Source: an uncultured Elusimicrobiales bacterium
Lineage (GTDB): Bacteria; Elusimicrobiota; Elusimicrobia; Elusimicrobiales; Elusimicrobiaceae
DNA length: 64,000 nucleotides
Assembly: GCA_944326765.1 (NCBI GenBank)
Contig: CALVFE010000002.1
Span: 4,058 to 68,057 of the forward strand
Direction: 5' to 3'
Below the pieces are notes generated by a model, which had not been told where the DNA came from, did no database searches, and saw only the letters and a list, made by a program, of their open reading frames with translations. The translations under genes and the position numbers were made by a program. Shown here piece after piece: positions 1 to 9,633 of this stretch (positions within the stretch are counted from its first letter, which is position 1; the number at the start of each line of letters is the position of its first letter).

Positions 1-238
1 TATTGTACCGCCCAGTTTAAAAGAGCTGAAGAAACGTATTTTGGGGCGCAACGATAATACCCAAGATATAGAAATTCGTTTGGAAACGGCGAAGAAAGAA
101 ATGCACGAATTAGACCGCTACGACTATGCCCTGCTCAATGACGATTTGGAAGAAGCAGTGGATAAAATGGCCGGGATTATAGCCGCCGAGCAATGCCGCG
201 TAAGTCGGCAGGATTTGAAAATTAAAAACCTGAAGTAA
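1..238 (+). CDS. gmk: Guanylate kinase, C-terminal part (runs off window start)
   Basis: Frame reads IVPPSLKELKKRILGRN...IEIRLETAKKEM...YDYALLNDDLEEAV, the typical Gmk C-terminus; followed by rpoZ. Confidence 0.9.
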   Translation, partial: IVPPSLKELKKRILGRNDNTQDIEIRLETAKKEMHELDRYDYALLNDDLEEAVDKMAGIIAAEQCRVSRQDLKIKNLK

Positions 239-255
239 AAACGAGGGAGCGAGAT

Positions 256-552
256 ATGTCCGTAAAAAATGATAAAGAATTTGACGCCAAACTAATGAAT
301 TATGACGGCGATCGTTATGATATTGTGGTATTGGCGTCTATGTGGGCGAAAGAACTGAAGAAAAAAGAGGAATATAAAAATCAGCCCAATGCGGTAGTGA
401 TTAAAGTCGCGTTGGACGATATTTTATCCAACCGTGTTTCTAAAGACGAAGTGCTTCGTGTTAGCAAAGAAAATTTGGAAGCGGAACTCAAAGCTCAGGA
501 AGAAGCACGCAAAGAAGCGGAACGTAAAGCAAAAGAGCCGATGAAACTGTAA
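256..552 (+). CDS. rpoZ: RNA polymerase omega subunit-like protein
   Basis: DRYDIVVLASMWAKEL...VIKVALDDI resembles the omega RY.LV...A.RA..L and K....AL.EI motifs; canonical position after gmk. Confidence 0.7.
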   Translation: MSVKNDKEFDAKLMNYDGDRYDIVVLASMWAKELKKKEEYKNQPNAVVIKVALDDILSNRVSKDEVLRVSKENLEAELKAQEEARKEAERKAKEPMKL

Positions 553-555
553 ATT

Positions 556-1494
556 ATGGCAAACGATTCGCTGCGCCGGCTGGCTTCGGATTTAAAGATA
601 TTTCTGGCCGCCCAGGACGAGGACGAATTTATTTCGGCGGCTGCGCCCGAACGCGCGGCCGCTGTTGGTTCTATGCCTTCGGAACCGGTGCCTTTGCCGA
701 AGATGCCCGAAGGAGAAACTTTAACGGTGGATTTTCCGCGGGCACAGAAACAAGAACCGCCTGTTGCTGGGTCGCCGACTTTAGAGAATCCTGTTGCTAT
801 GAATGCTTCGGCTTCATCGGTTGTTTCGAATAATATAGCTGCCCCGGCAGTAGGAGAAATCATGAATTCTGCCCAAAAAACAGCCGCTTTGGCCGAGCTG
901 GCTCAAACCATTAAAAATTGTACCCGCTGCCCGCTTGGGAGCACGCGCATTCACGCCGTACCCGGCGAGGGCAATGTAGATGCCGAGTTGATGTTTGTAG
1001 GCGAAGGCCCCGGCTTTGATGAAGACCGTCAAGGCCGTCCGTTTGTCGGTCGCGCCGGGCAGTTGCTAGATAAAATGATTGCGGCGATGGGGCTTAAGCG
1101 GGAACAGGTTTATATTGCCAACATCGCCAAATGCCACCCGATGACGGATCCGCTCCACCCCGAAAAACACGGCAATGACCGCGCTCCAAACGCGGGCGAA
1201 ATCGCCTGCTGCCGCAAATATCTTGAACAGCAAATCGCCATTATTTGTCCCAAATATGTAGTAGCGCTGGGCGGAGTGTCCGCTAAAGCGCTGATTGCCG
1301 ATGCCAAATCTTTAGGAGCGCTGCGCGGTAAATTTTATGATTTGCATTTAGACAGCGTAACACTCCCCCGCCCCGTCAAAATTTTGGCTACCTTTCACCC
1401 AGCGGCTCTTTTGCGAAATCCCGGTTGGAAGAAAGACGCTTGGATTGATTTGCAGCTGGTCATGGCGGAGCTCGGTTTAAAAGGCGCCAAGTAA
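556..1494 (+). CDS. Uracil-DNA glycosylase family 4 (Fe-S), with low-complexity N-terminal extension
   Basis: CTRCPL, MFVGEGPG, GRPFVGRAGQLL, ATFHPAALLRNP motifs. Confidence 0.92.
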   Translation: MANDSLRRLASDLKIFLAAQDEDEFISAAAPERAAAVGSMPSEPVPLPKMPEGETLTVDFPRAQKQEPPVAGSPTLENPVAMNASASSVVSNNIAAPAVGEIMNSAQKTAALAELAQTIKNCTRCPLGSTRIHAVPGEGNVDAELMFVGEGPGFDEDRQGRPFVGRAGQLLDKMIAAMGLKREQVYIANIAKCHPMTDPLHPEKHGNDRAPNAGEIACCRKYLEQQIAIICPKYVVALGGVSAKALIADAKSLGALRGKFYDLHLDSVTLPRPVKILATFHPAALLRNPGWKKDAWIDLQLVMAELGLKGAK

Positions 1495-1497
1495 TTT

Positions 1498-3468
1498 ATG
1501 TACTGCAAAGTGGTTTTTGATGTGCCGCTGGATCGTGATTTCGACTACGCTATCCCGGCCGAGCTGGAAGATAAAATTATTCCGGGGGTGCGTGTAACGG
1601 CTCCGTTTGGCCGCGTGCTGACCGGTGGCATGGTTACGGCCGTAAGTGAAGTTTGTACGGCGCCGCAAGGCGTCAAACTAAAGGAAATCGCTTCGGTGGT
1701 GGACAAACGGCCTCTTTTTGGATCCGACTTGTTTCCGCTGATGCGTTTTATGAAAGCGCATTGGGGGTGCCCCGTCGGTCAGATTTTATTTGCCCTGGTT
1801 CCCCCGCAGCCTTATTTTAAACTGGAAAATCCGCCCACCTCCGTACATATAGAGATAAAAACCCCCTCCTTGCATTTAACCTCCTCGCAGGAAAATGCTT
1901 TAAAAACCGTGCGCGCTTTTCCGGCGTATGAATTTCATTCGGTTCTTTTCAACGGCGCGGCTTTTACGGGAAAAACCGAAACGGCGTTGCGGCTGGCGGG
2001 CGAAGTATTAGCCGGCTACGGCCAGGCGCTTATTACCGTGCCGGACATTGCGGCTTCCCGGCAGTTTATTGCAGAAGCGGAACAACGCTTCGGGGCGGAG
2101 AATGTGTTTTGCTGGCACAGCCGAATGCCGGTAAGTAAAAAGAGAAAATACTTTTCCGCTATTTCCAACGGTCTTCCCTGCGTTGTTATCTCCACGCGCT
2201 CGGGTGCGTTGCTGCCTTTTAAAAATTTGCGGTTGGCCGCCGTATTAGATGAAGGCGACGACAATTATAAGCAAGAAGAAAATAAACCCTATTATCATTT
2301 GCGCGAATTATTGACCTTCCGCGCCCAAATGCATGGATCGGTATTACTGTTTGTATCGGCTACGCCCAGTCTGGAACTGTTGTGTGCGGTTCAAAAGGGC
2401 GAAGTGCTTTCTTTGCCGTTTCAGGAAGCCGTCCCCGGGCACGCTTTCGCGCCGCAGCTTAAACTAACGGAAAAAAAAGGCGAAAAAAGCCGCTTCCTAT
2501 CCGATTTTTTGCTGGAACAGCTTGCTGAAAATTTAAAACGGAAGGAAACTTCTCTTTTGATTTTAAACCGCCGCGGTTATTCCAACTCCTATTATTGTCT
2601 GAACTGCGGAGCGTATGCCAAATGTAAAAAATGCGGCGCTATTCTGGCACGCGAAAATACGCCCGAACACGGGGACAGACTGGTGTGTAAAAAATGCGGG
2701 CATACGGAATCGTTGCAGCAGGAATGCCCGCAATGCCATAATCTGATTTTTAAATCGCGCGGCGGCGGCACCCAAAAGATTGTAACGGAATTGGCCAAGC
2801 TGTTTCCTAAAGCGCGCCTGCTGCGGTTGGATTCTGATACGCTCAAAACGAAGGCAGGGCAAGGATTTGAAGCGTTAAACGCCTTAAAAGACGGCCGGGC
2901 GGATATCATTGTGGGTACGCGTCTTGCGGCTGGAGCGCTGCGCGGATCTCAAGTAACGCTGGCGGCAGTATTAGACGCCGAATTGGAACTGGACGGACCG
3001 GATTTTCGCGCCTCGGAGAAATACGGGCAGATGCTTTTTGCGCTGCGCGGCCATTTGTCCGGCGTACCGAACGGACGCCTTATTATCCAAACGGCCGACA
3101 AAGAAACCTACGATTATGATCCGCTCTTTCGAGGAGATTACGCGCAAACCGCCGAAACGGAACTTGCTTTGCGGGAAAGCTTTTCTTATCCCCCTTTTGT
3201 GCGTTTAATAAAAGTACTCATCAAAGCGAAAGAACTGGACTTGCTTCATGCGGAAACAGCGCGTCTGAAACGTTTGGCGGCGCCGCTGGTATTGGAAACC
3301 TTGGGCCCGGTGTGGTGTGCCAAAAAAACCGATACCCTCCAAAAACAGTACCTGCTTTTTAAAACCGATGACGCCCGTTGGCTGGAATTATTGGCGGAGT
3401 TGGATTCTTTTGTTCCCGCTAAAAAAGCGGCGGTAAAGATATCGGCCGATCCCTATGATTTTTATTGA
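1498..3468 (+). CDS. priA: Primosomal protein N' (PriA), helicase motifs degenerate
   Basis: N-terminal VPLDRDFDY/PGVRVTAPFG domain, YKQEE.P.YH, LNRRGY, four CxxC pairs, DFRASEK, YPPF. Confidence 0.88.
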   Translation: MYCKVVFDVPLDRDFDYAIPAELEDKIIPGVRVTAPFGRVLTGGMVTAVSEVCTAPQGVKLKEIASVVDKRPLFGSDLFPLMRFMKAHWGCPVGQILFALVPPQPYFKLENPPTSVHIEIKTPSLHLTSSQENALKTVRAFPAYEFHSVLFNGAAFTGKTETALRLAGEVLAGYGQALITVPDIAASRQFIAEAEQRFGAENVFCWHSRMPVSKKRKYFSAISNGLPCVVISTRSGALLPFKNLRLAAVLDEGDDNYKQEENKPYYHLRELLTFRAQMHGSVLLFVSATPSLELLCAVQKGEVLSLPFQEAVPGHAFAPQLKLTEKKGEKSRFLSDFLLEQLAENLKRKETSLLILNRRGYSNSYYCLNCGAYAKCKKCGAILARENTPEHGDRLVCKKCGHTESLQQECPQCHNLIFKSRGGGTQKIVTELAKLFPKARLLRLDSDTLKTKAGQGFEALNALKDGRADIIVGTRLAAGALRGSQVTLAAVLDAELELDGPDFRASEKYGQMLFALRGHLSGVPNGRLIIQTADKETYDYDPLFRGDYAQTAETELALRESFSYPPFVRLIKVLIKAKELDLLHAETARLKRLAAPLVLETLGPVWCAKKTDTLQKQYLLFKTDDARWLELLAELDSFVPAKKAAVKISADPYDFY

Positions 3469-3478
3469 GGAATAGAAA

Positions 3479-4042
3479 ATGAAATTCATAGACCTGTTTC
3501 GTTTCTCCCCCCGTGCAAGCCGAGAGGAGTTTGCCTTGATTAGCCTATGCGGGCAGATTGTTTCGTTACTGTTCTATGCGGTTGAGGGGCTGTTTGGCCC
3601 GCATAGCGTTTCTTGGGTTCAGCTGATAGGGATTGCTGCGGCCGGATTGTTCCTGTGCATGCTCTTTTTGGGGCTTTTTTGGATTACGCTGGCAGTTAGC
3701 TGGAGACGTATGCACGACCTGAATCTGTCCGGTTGCTGGTATTTAGGATACTATATCGCCGTAATGGCGTTGAGCGTGGTATTTACAAACGTATGGTGGT
3801 TGTTCAGCTTGATGGGATTGGGAGTAATGTTACTTTTGTGTCTTAAAAAATCTGCGCCGCCCAACCGGTTTGGGCAAGCCCCCGCGGTTTTTTTACCGAC
3901 GGTGTTTTCGCGGCGCGGTATGTTCACAGCGGTAATAGTACTTTGCGTGTTTGTTTCTTTAGGCCAAGTATTTCTTTCCCGTATGCAGTTGTCGTTTGTC
4001 CAAGCGCGGCAACGCGTAGAGGCTATGCACCAACCTTTTTGA
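3479..4042 (+). CDS. DUF805 family membrane protein
   Basis: RASREEF, WRRMHDLNLSGCW, PNRFG motifs; hydrophobic segments. Confidence 0.85.
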   Translation: MKFIDLFRFSPRASREEFALISLCGQIVSLLFYAVEGLFGPHSVSWVQLIGIAAAGLFLCMLFLGLFWITLAVSWRRMHDLNLSGCWYLGYYIAVMALSVVFTNVWWLFSLMGLGVMLLLCLKKSAPPNRFGQAPAVFLPTVFSRRGMFTAVIVLCVFVSLGQVFLSRMQLSFVQARQRVEAMHQPF

Positions 4043-4096
4043 TGATTACCCTAAGAGCGAAGTTTTGATATACTGTAAAAGTAACAAGGGGGTATT

Positions 4097-4423
4097 ATGA
4101 ATGGAAGATTAGGAAGATTGGGATATTTTGTTCGGTTGTGTATGATTGGCGTATTGTATGGACTAGGAGCGTTTTTCTTTGCCTTGGGCGGCAAAGGGGA
4201 ATCGCTTAATCCGGTGGCGTTGTTGTTTTTGTTTCTGGGAAGCGGCACTTTGCTGATGGCGCTTTTTTCGTGGTGGTTTTCGACGGTGCGCCGCCTGCAC
4301 GATATGGATTTGTCGGGCTGGTGGATTTTGTTGGTGTGTTTCTTTCCCATTTTGATATTGGTGCTGTGCGTATGGCCGGGAATGAAAGGATATAACCGCT
4401 TTGGTCCGCCGCTGATATATTAA
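4097..4423 (+). CDS. DUF805 family membrane protein
   Basis: GRLGRLGYF, VRRLHDMDLSGWW, NRFGPP motifs. Confidence 0.88.
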   Translation: MNGRLGRLGYFVRLCMIGVLYGLGAFFFALGGKGESLNPVALLFLFLGSGTLLMALFSWWFSTVRRLHDMDLSGWWILLVCFFPILILVLCVWPGMKGYNRFGPPLIY

Positions 4424-4434
4424 CTGATTTTTTT

Positions 4435-4466
4435 AACCGCCCGCCGAGCTTTCGGCGGGCGGTTTT
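4435..4466 (+). terminator. Intrinsic terminator
   Basis: AACCGCCCGCCGA-gctt-TCGGCGGGCGGTT hairpin ending in a T run. Confidence 0.8.
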
Positions 4467-4519
4467 GCATGGTATATGGTAAAATATAATAGATAACCCG
4501 TTTTTGATGGAGAAAGAAA

Positions 4520-5680
4520 ATGACTTTGGAAGAACAAATCAATTTTTTAACGCGCGGCTGCGTAGATGTGGTATCCAAATCCGATTTAGCCAAAAAGCTG
4601 GAAAGCGGCAAAACGCTTAAAGTGAAATTAGGCTGTGATCCTACCAGCGCGGACTTGCACCTCGGACATAGTGTGGCGCTTTCGTTAATGCGGCGCTTTC
4701 AGGATTTAGGGCACAAAGCCGTGCTGGTAATCGGCGATTTTACGGCCGCCGTAGGAGATCCTTCCGGCCGCGATTCCACGCGCCCCGTTTTGCCGCGTGA
4801 GAAAATTTTAGAAAACGCCAAGACCTATACGGATCAGGCTTTTAAAGTATTGGATCCCGCCAAAACGGAAATTCGTTTTAATAGCGAATGGTTGGATCCT
4901 TTTATCTCCGGAAAAGAGCTGTTGCAAACCTTGCAAAAAGTGACGGTTGCCCAAGTGTTGGAACGCGATGATTTCAAAAAACGTATGGCGTCTGGAAATC
5001 CCATCAGCATGCTGGAGGTATTGTACAGCTTGTTCCAAGGGCAGGATTCCGTAGCGTTGCAAGCCGATGTGGAACTGGGCGGAACGGATCAAATTTTTAA
5101 CTTGCTCGTTGGTCGGCAATTACAAAAGAACCACGGACAAGAACCTCAAGTGGCGATTACGGTGCCGTTGCTTGTGGGATTAGACGGCGTGAAGAAAATG
5201 TCCAAGTCTTACGGCAATTATGTGGGGCTTAACGATGAACCCGGCGATATGTTTGGAAAGCTGATGTCTATTCCCGATGAACTGATGCCGATGTATTATG
5301 AATTGCTGACCTCGGAAAACATGAACGAAATCAAATCCATGCACCCGATGGCGGCCAAGAAAAAACTGGCCTCGCTGCTGGTAACGCGTTTCCATGGGGA
5401 AGAAGCGGCCAAAGCGGCGTTGGAAAATTTTGAAAAAGTGTTCTCAAAAAAGGAACTTCCCAGTGAAATGCCGGAATTTAAACCGGAAGCGGGTGCGCTG
5501 TTGTCTGCCGTTATTTTTGCGGCTGGCGCCGCGCAAAGCAAAAATAAAGCGCGCGGACTTATTGACCAGGGCGCGGTGCGTTTAAAAGGCGAAAAAGTAT
5601 CCGTCGATGCCCCGTTGGAATTTGAACCGGGTGATGTGCTTCAAGTGGGAAAGCGCTACTTTTTTAAATTAATTAAATAG
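4520..5680 (+). CDS. tyrS: Tyrosyl-tRNA synthetase
   Basis: KLGCDPT..DLHLGH, ELGGTDQ.FN, KMSKS, C-terminal S4 domain (QVGKR). Confidence 0.97.
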   Translation: MTLEEQINFLTRGCVDVVSKSDLAKKLESGKTLKVKLGCDPTSADLHLGHSVALSLMRRFQDLGHKAVLVIGDFTAAVGDPSGRDSTRPVLPREKILENAKTYTDQAFKVLDPAKTEIRFNSEWLDPFISGKELLQTLQKVTVAQVLERDDFKKRMASGNPISMLEVLYSLFQGQDSVALQADVELGGTDQIFNLLVGRQLQKNHGQEPQVAITVPLLVGLDGVKKMSKSYGNYVGLNDEPGDMFGKLMSIPDELMPMYYELLTSENMNEIKSMHPMAAKKKLASLLVTRFHGEEAAKAALENFEKVFSKKELPSEMPEFKPEAGALLSAVIFAAGAAQSKNKARGLIDQGAVRLKGEKVSVDAPLEFEPGDVLQVGKRYFFKLIK

Positions 5681-5687
5681 CAGCCAA

Positions 5688-6653
5688 ATGAAAAAATTTA
5701 TCTTCTTGCTTTGTCTGATTATCTGCCTGCTTGTGGGAGGATGCTGGGCGGCTAAGGTTTGTTTTTTCAGCAAAGGGAAACTTGTGGTTGTAAAAATCGA
5801 GCCGGGACAGAGCGGAGCCGAAGTGGCGCGAATGCTTAAGGAAAAAGGAATTATCCGCAGCGAGTTGGTATTTAAGGCGCTGTTGCGAATGACTTCTTCC
5901 TCCCGCGACTTAAAGGCCGGCCGTTTTGACCTGCGGAAAAATACGTCTTCTTTTGAAGTAATCAACTGCATTAAAAGCGGGCGTTGCACCCACTACGAGA
6001 AAGTAACTTTTTTGGAAGGGTGGCGAAGCGAAGAAATTGCCGAATTGTTGGCCGAAAAAGGGATTACCGACGCCCGGGCTTTTTTAGCTATTGTACGCGA
6101 AAAAAATCTGGAAGGCTACCTTTTCCCCTCTACCTATTTGTTTGCGGAAAATACGCCTGCCCAGAAAGTAGTAGATGAAATGTTGGCTCAATACCGCAAA
6201 AATATCGCACCGCTTTTCCGCCAATATCCTACCAATTTGACCGAACGACAAGTGCTTACAATCGCTTCTATTGTGGAACGGGAAGCCGTGCTGCATGATG
6301 AGCGTCCCAAAATTGCCGCCGTTTATTTAAATCGGTTTCGTATCGGAAAACGATTGGAGGCGGATCCTACCGTACAATATGCCTTGGGATTTAATTTAAA
6401 AGAAAACCGTTATTGGAAAAAAGGGCTTACCTATAGGGATTTACGCATTCAATCCCCCTACAATACATATCGCAATACCGGGCTGCCGCCTGGGCCTATT
6501 TGTAATCCCAGCCGGGAATCTGTGCTGGGGGTTCTTAATCCGGAGAAAAATTTTGATGCGCTTTATTTCGTGGCAGACCGCGGTGGCCGGCATGTATTTT
6601 CCAAAACCTTTGATGAGCACCGCCGCAATATCCGCCGCATACGGGGCAAATAG
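5688..6653 (+). CDS. mltG: Endolytic transglycosylase MltG
   Basis: LEGYLFPSTY, ASIVEREA, LEADPTVQY, SPYNTY..GLPPGPICNP. Confidence 0.95.
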   Translation: MKKFIFLLCLIICLLVGGCWAAKVCFFSKGKLVVVKIEPGQSGAEVARMLKEKGIIRSELVFKALLRMTSSSRDLKAGRFDLRKNTSSFEVINCIKSGRCTHYEKVTFLEGWRSEEIAELLAEKGITDARAFLAIVREKNLEGYLFPSTYLFAENTPAQKVVDEMLAQYRKNIAPLFRQYPTNLTERQVLTIASIVEREAVLHDERPKIAAVYLNRFRIGKRLEADPTVQYALGFNLKENRYWKKGLTYRDLRIQSPYNTYRNTGLPPGPICNPSRESVLGVLNPEKNFDALYFVADRGGRHVFSKTFDEHRRNIRRIRGK

Positions 6654-6666
6654 CCTTTGGATTTAT

Positions 6667-6702
6667 AAAAACCGCTTCTGCTTTTTAAAGAAGCGGTTTT
6701 TT
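6667..6702. terminator. Bidirectional terminator between mltG and the ATPase
   Basis: AAAAACCGCTTCT...AGAAGCGGTTTTT between convergent genes. Confidence 0.8.
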
Positions 6703-6705
6703 GTT

Positions 6706-8622
6706 TTATTTTTCCTTAAAATACAGCGGCCGCAGGGAATTGGCTACTGCTAAGAGTGAAACGCCTACATCTGCAAAAACAGCTGCCCACATATTCGCTA
6801 ATCCCATCACTCCCAATAGAAGCACGGCAGCCTTTACGGCTAAAGCAAAAAGGATATTCTGTCTGACCACGCGCAGTGTCTGCCGGGAAATCCGAATGGC
6901 AAATATAATTTTCTGAAGATCATCTGTCATTAGGACGACATCGGCGGCTTCAATGGCGGCGTCTGATCCCAATGCGCCCATCGCCAACGCCAAATCCGTC
7001 CGCGCCAATACAGGAGCGTCGTTAATTCCGTCTCCTGCAAAGGCGGTAACCGCTTTTGCAGGCGCATTTTTTATCAATTCTTCTAGTTTTGCCACTTTAT
7101 CCGCCGGCAATAATCCGCCATATACCCGGCTGATTCCCAATTCACGGGCGGTTTTTTCGGCGGCGGCAGGATTGTCTCCGCTTAGCATTACGAGATGGCG
7201 GACAAGCTTTTTTAATTCTTTAATAGCTTGCAATGCCCCGGGTTTGGGTTTATCTCCCAATTCAATTCTCCCTTTGTAAATGCCGTTTTCGGCGATATAG
7301 ACGCAAGTGGCACCATCTATACCGGGAGATATGCCCCCCACTTTGAAACGTTCCATTAAGCGGATATTTCCGGCCAGAATAACTCGGTTCCCCTGTTTAA
7401 ATTCTATTCCTTCTCCGGCGAGTTCCCGGGTTTCTTCGGGAAGCGTTGCAATCGGAATAACCGACGGGGCGGCTTGTAAAACAGCTTTGGCGATGGGGTG
7501 ATTGGAGCGGCGTTCTGCACAGGCGGCGAGCGTCAGCAGTTCTTGTCGGGATATACCCGCCGCGGGAAGAATAGACAATACTTCGAACACGCCTTGCGTA
7601 AGCGTACCTGTTTTATCCAGTGCCAAGGTATAGATATGCGCCAAACGTTCCAGATACGAACCGCCTTTGATTAAAATCCCATTTTTGGCGGCGCCGCCAA
7701 TTCCGCCGAAAAAACCCAGCGGAACCGATAATACAAGAGCGCACGGACAGGAAATTACCAAAAAAATTAAAGCGCGGTAAAACCATATTTTAAAAGAGCC
7801 TTCGGGCAGTATAAGAGGAGGAAGAATGGCGGTTATGGCCGCAATCAGCACCACCGCGGGCGTATAGATGCGGGCAAAACGGGTGATAAATTTCTCGGCG
7901 GAAGACTTCTTTTGGGCGGCGTTTTCGGCCAGTTCTAAAATTTTTGCAACGGCGGAATTTTCATAATTTTTTTGTACCCGGATTTCCAAGCTTCCATCTA
8001 CGCTGATAGATCCGGCTAATACTTTTTTTCCGACATAAGCATGTTCGGGGCGGGATTCCCCCGTCAGGGCAGAAGTATCAATAAGCCCTTCTCCGGCGGT
8101 TATGATACCGTCAAGCGCAATCCGTTCTCCCGGCAGAACCCGCGTTAATTCTCCTATTTGCACGTTGCGCGGATTTATTTTTTCTTCTTTTCCGTTTCGC
8201 CGCACCCGCGCAAAATCCGGCCGCAAGTCCATTAATTTTACAATGCTGCGGCGCGATTTTCCGGCAGCCGTTTCTTGCAGCATTTCCCCCGTTTGATAAA
8301 AGAGCATTACCGCCGCCGCCTCTGGATATTCGCCGATGGCAAACGCTCCAAAGGTAGCCAATGTCATTAAGAAATTTTCGTCAAATACTTTCCCAGCGGC
8401 GATATGACGGGCGGATTTGAGCAATACTTCCCCCCCGCTCAGCAAATAAGAAGCCAAATAAAGGGGTAATTTAATCCAGAGTATCTTCGGACAGACTAAG
8501 GCGGCCGCAAATAAGACGGCTGCTAGCGTCAGTTTTTTCCAACTGCCGAAAGAGGCCATATCAAGCTTCTGTGAACACATACAGGAAGCACAGCAATCGG
8601 TTGCCGCAGCAGCATGCTTCAT
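6706..8622 (-). CDS. cadA: Heavy-metal (Zn/Cd/Pb-type) P1B ATPase, CadA/ZntA family
   Basis: LTGES, SCPCAL, DKTGTLT, SNHP, GDGINDAP, FADVG; short Cys-rich N-terminus instead of an HMA domain. Confidence 0.9.
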   Translation of the reverse strand: MKHAAAATDCCASCMCSQKLDMASFGSWKKLTLAAVLFAAALVCPKILWIKLPLYLASYLLSGGEVLLKSARHIAAGKVFDENFLMTLATFGAFAIGEYPEAAAVMLFYQTGEMLQETAAGKSRRSIVKLMDLRPDFARVRRNGKEEKINPRNVQIGELTRVLPGERIALDGIITAGEGLIDTSALTGESRPEHAYVGKKVLAGSISVDGSLEIRVQKNYENSAVAKILELAENAAQKKSSAEKFITRFARIYTPAVVLIAAITAILPPLILPEGSFKIWFYRALIFLVISCPCALVLSVPLGFFGGIGGAAKNGILIKGGSYLERLAHIYTLALDKTGTLTQGVFEVLSILPAAGISRQELLTLAACAERRSNHPIAKAVLQAAPSVIPIATLPEETRELAGEGIEFKQGNRVILAGNIRLMERFKVGGISPGIDGATCVYIAENGIYKGRIELGDKPKPGALQAIKELKKLVRHLVMLSGDNPAAAEKTARELGISRVYGGLLPADKVAKLEELIKNAPAKAVTAFAGDGINDAPVLARTDLALAMGALGSDAAIEAADVVLMTDDLQKIIFAIRISRQTLRVVRQNILFALAVKAAVLLLGVMGLANMWAAVFADVGVSLLAVANSLRPLYFKEK

Positions 8623-8957
8623 ACCCCCTCCCGAACGTGTTCCAGCCCCTGATTAAAGATGCGCTTTACGTGTTCATCGGCCAACGAATAAAAGACGGTT
8701 TTTCCCGACCGACGGCTTTTTACCAGTTTGTTCTGTTTTAAAAAACGCAGCTGATGCGAAATGGCCGACTGCGTTATATTTAGTTCGTCGGCAATGTGCT
8801 GCACGCATTGTTCGCAGTCAAAAAGCGCGCACAAAATCCGCAGGCGGGTGCTGTCTCCAAAAACCTTGAAAAGATCCGCCAAATCGTAAAGCGTTTCTTC
8901 CGGTAAATTCAAAGACGCTCTACAGGTGTGTTTTTTAGATTTTTTCTGAATCGGCAT
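8619..8957 (-). CDS. ArsR/SmtB-family metal-sensing repressor
   Basis: FKVFGDSTRLRIL, QSAISHQLRFLK, YSLADEHV...GLEH (alpha5 metal site); overlaps the ATPase start. Confidence 0.93.
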   Translation of the reverse strand: MPIQKKSKKHTCRASLNLPEETLYDLADLFKVFGDSTRLRILCALFDCEQCVQHIADELNITQSAISHQLRFLKQNKLVKSRRSGKTVFYSLADEHVKRIFNQGLEHVREGV

Positions 8958-8974
8958 ACAAAATCCTTTTTATG

Positions 8975-9000
8975 AATATATGAATATATGTTCATATATT
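8975..9000. promoter_or_regulatory. ArsR/SmtB operator
   Basis: Perfect 10-bp inverted repeat AATATATGAA-tatatg-TTCATATATT (TGAA-N6-TTCA core) just upstream of the repressor gene. Confidence 0.85.
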
Positions 9001-9049
9001 AATATAATAATTTTCCGCTTTTAAATCAAGTATTATTTTTAAAATAGGG

Positions 9050-9078
9050 TTGAGAAAGAAAATAAAAAGTTTTATACT
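9050..9078 (+). promoter_or_regulatory. Sigma70-type promoter of the pilin gene
   Basis: TTGAGA-17 nt-TATACT; AAGGAG SD before ATG 9111. Confidence 0.7.
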
Positions 9079-9110
9079 ATTGGGGTAGAAATCTAATTTA
9101 AGGAGCGTTT

Positions 9111-9581
9111 ATGAAGAACCAAGGCTTTACTTTAATCGAATTGCTGGTTGTTGTATTGATTATTGGCATTCTTTCGGCCATTGCGTTGCCGCAGTATGAG
9201 TCTGCCGTGGAAAAATCCCGTTTGTCGGAAGCGATGATCAATGCAAAAGCCATTACAGATGCTTCCCAGCGTTATTTTCAGGCCAATCCCAACGAAACAA
9301 CCATTACCAATAAAAACCAGATTGCCGACGTCGATTTGAAAGGGGGCGCCTGGCAGTCGGATAATGCTACTTTCAAAACAAAATTATTTATCTATAAATT
9401 GGGCGGCGCCAACGGCCGGGTAGATGTGTACCGTACGGACGGGGATTCTATCTCTTCCTATATCTACCATCTGTGGCAAAAGCCTGAATTGTCGGAAGGG
9501 GAAGTGTTGAAGGGCTGTTCTGCCGGAAGCGAAGACCAAGAAACCGGGGAACAGATGTGCAAATTCTTTTTGGGAGTATAA
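9111..9581 (+). CDS. Type IV pilin-like protein (PilE-like)
   Basis: Class III signal GFTLIELLVVVLIIGILSAIALPQY; C-terminal Cys pair. Confidence 0.92.
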   Translation: MKNQGFTLIELLVVVLIIGILSAIALPQYESAVEKSRLSEAMINAKAITDASQRYFQANPNETTITNKNQIADVDLKGGAWQSDNATFKTKLFIYKLGGANGRVDVYRTDGDSISSYIYHLWQKPELSEGEVLKGCSAGSEDQETGEQMCKFFLGV

Positions 9582-9595
9582 TCTGATATTGAGTT

Positions 9596-9624
9596 AAAAA
9601 ACCCGGCTTAAAGCCGGGTTTTTT
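9596..9624. terminator. Bidirectional terminator
   Basis: AAAAAACCCGGCT-taa-AGCCGGGTTTTTT between convergent pilin and murG. Confidence 0.85.
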
Positions 9625-9633
9625 ATAACCGTT

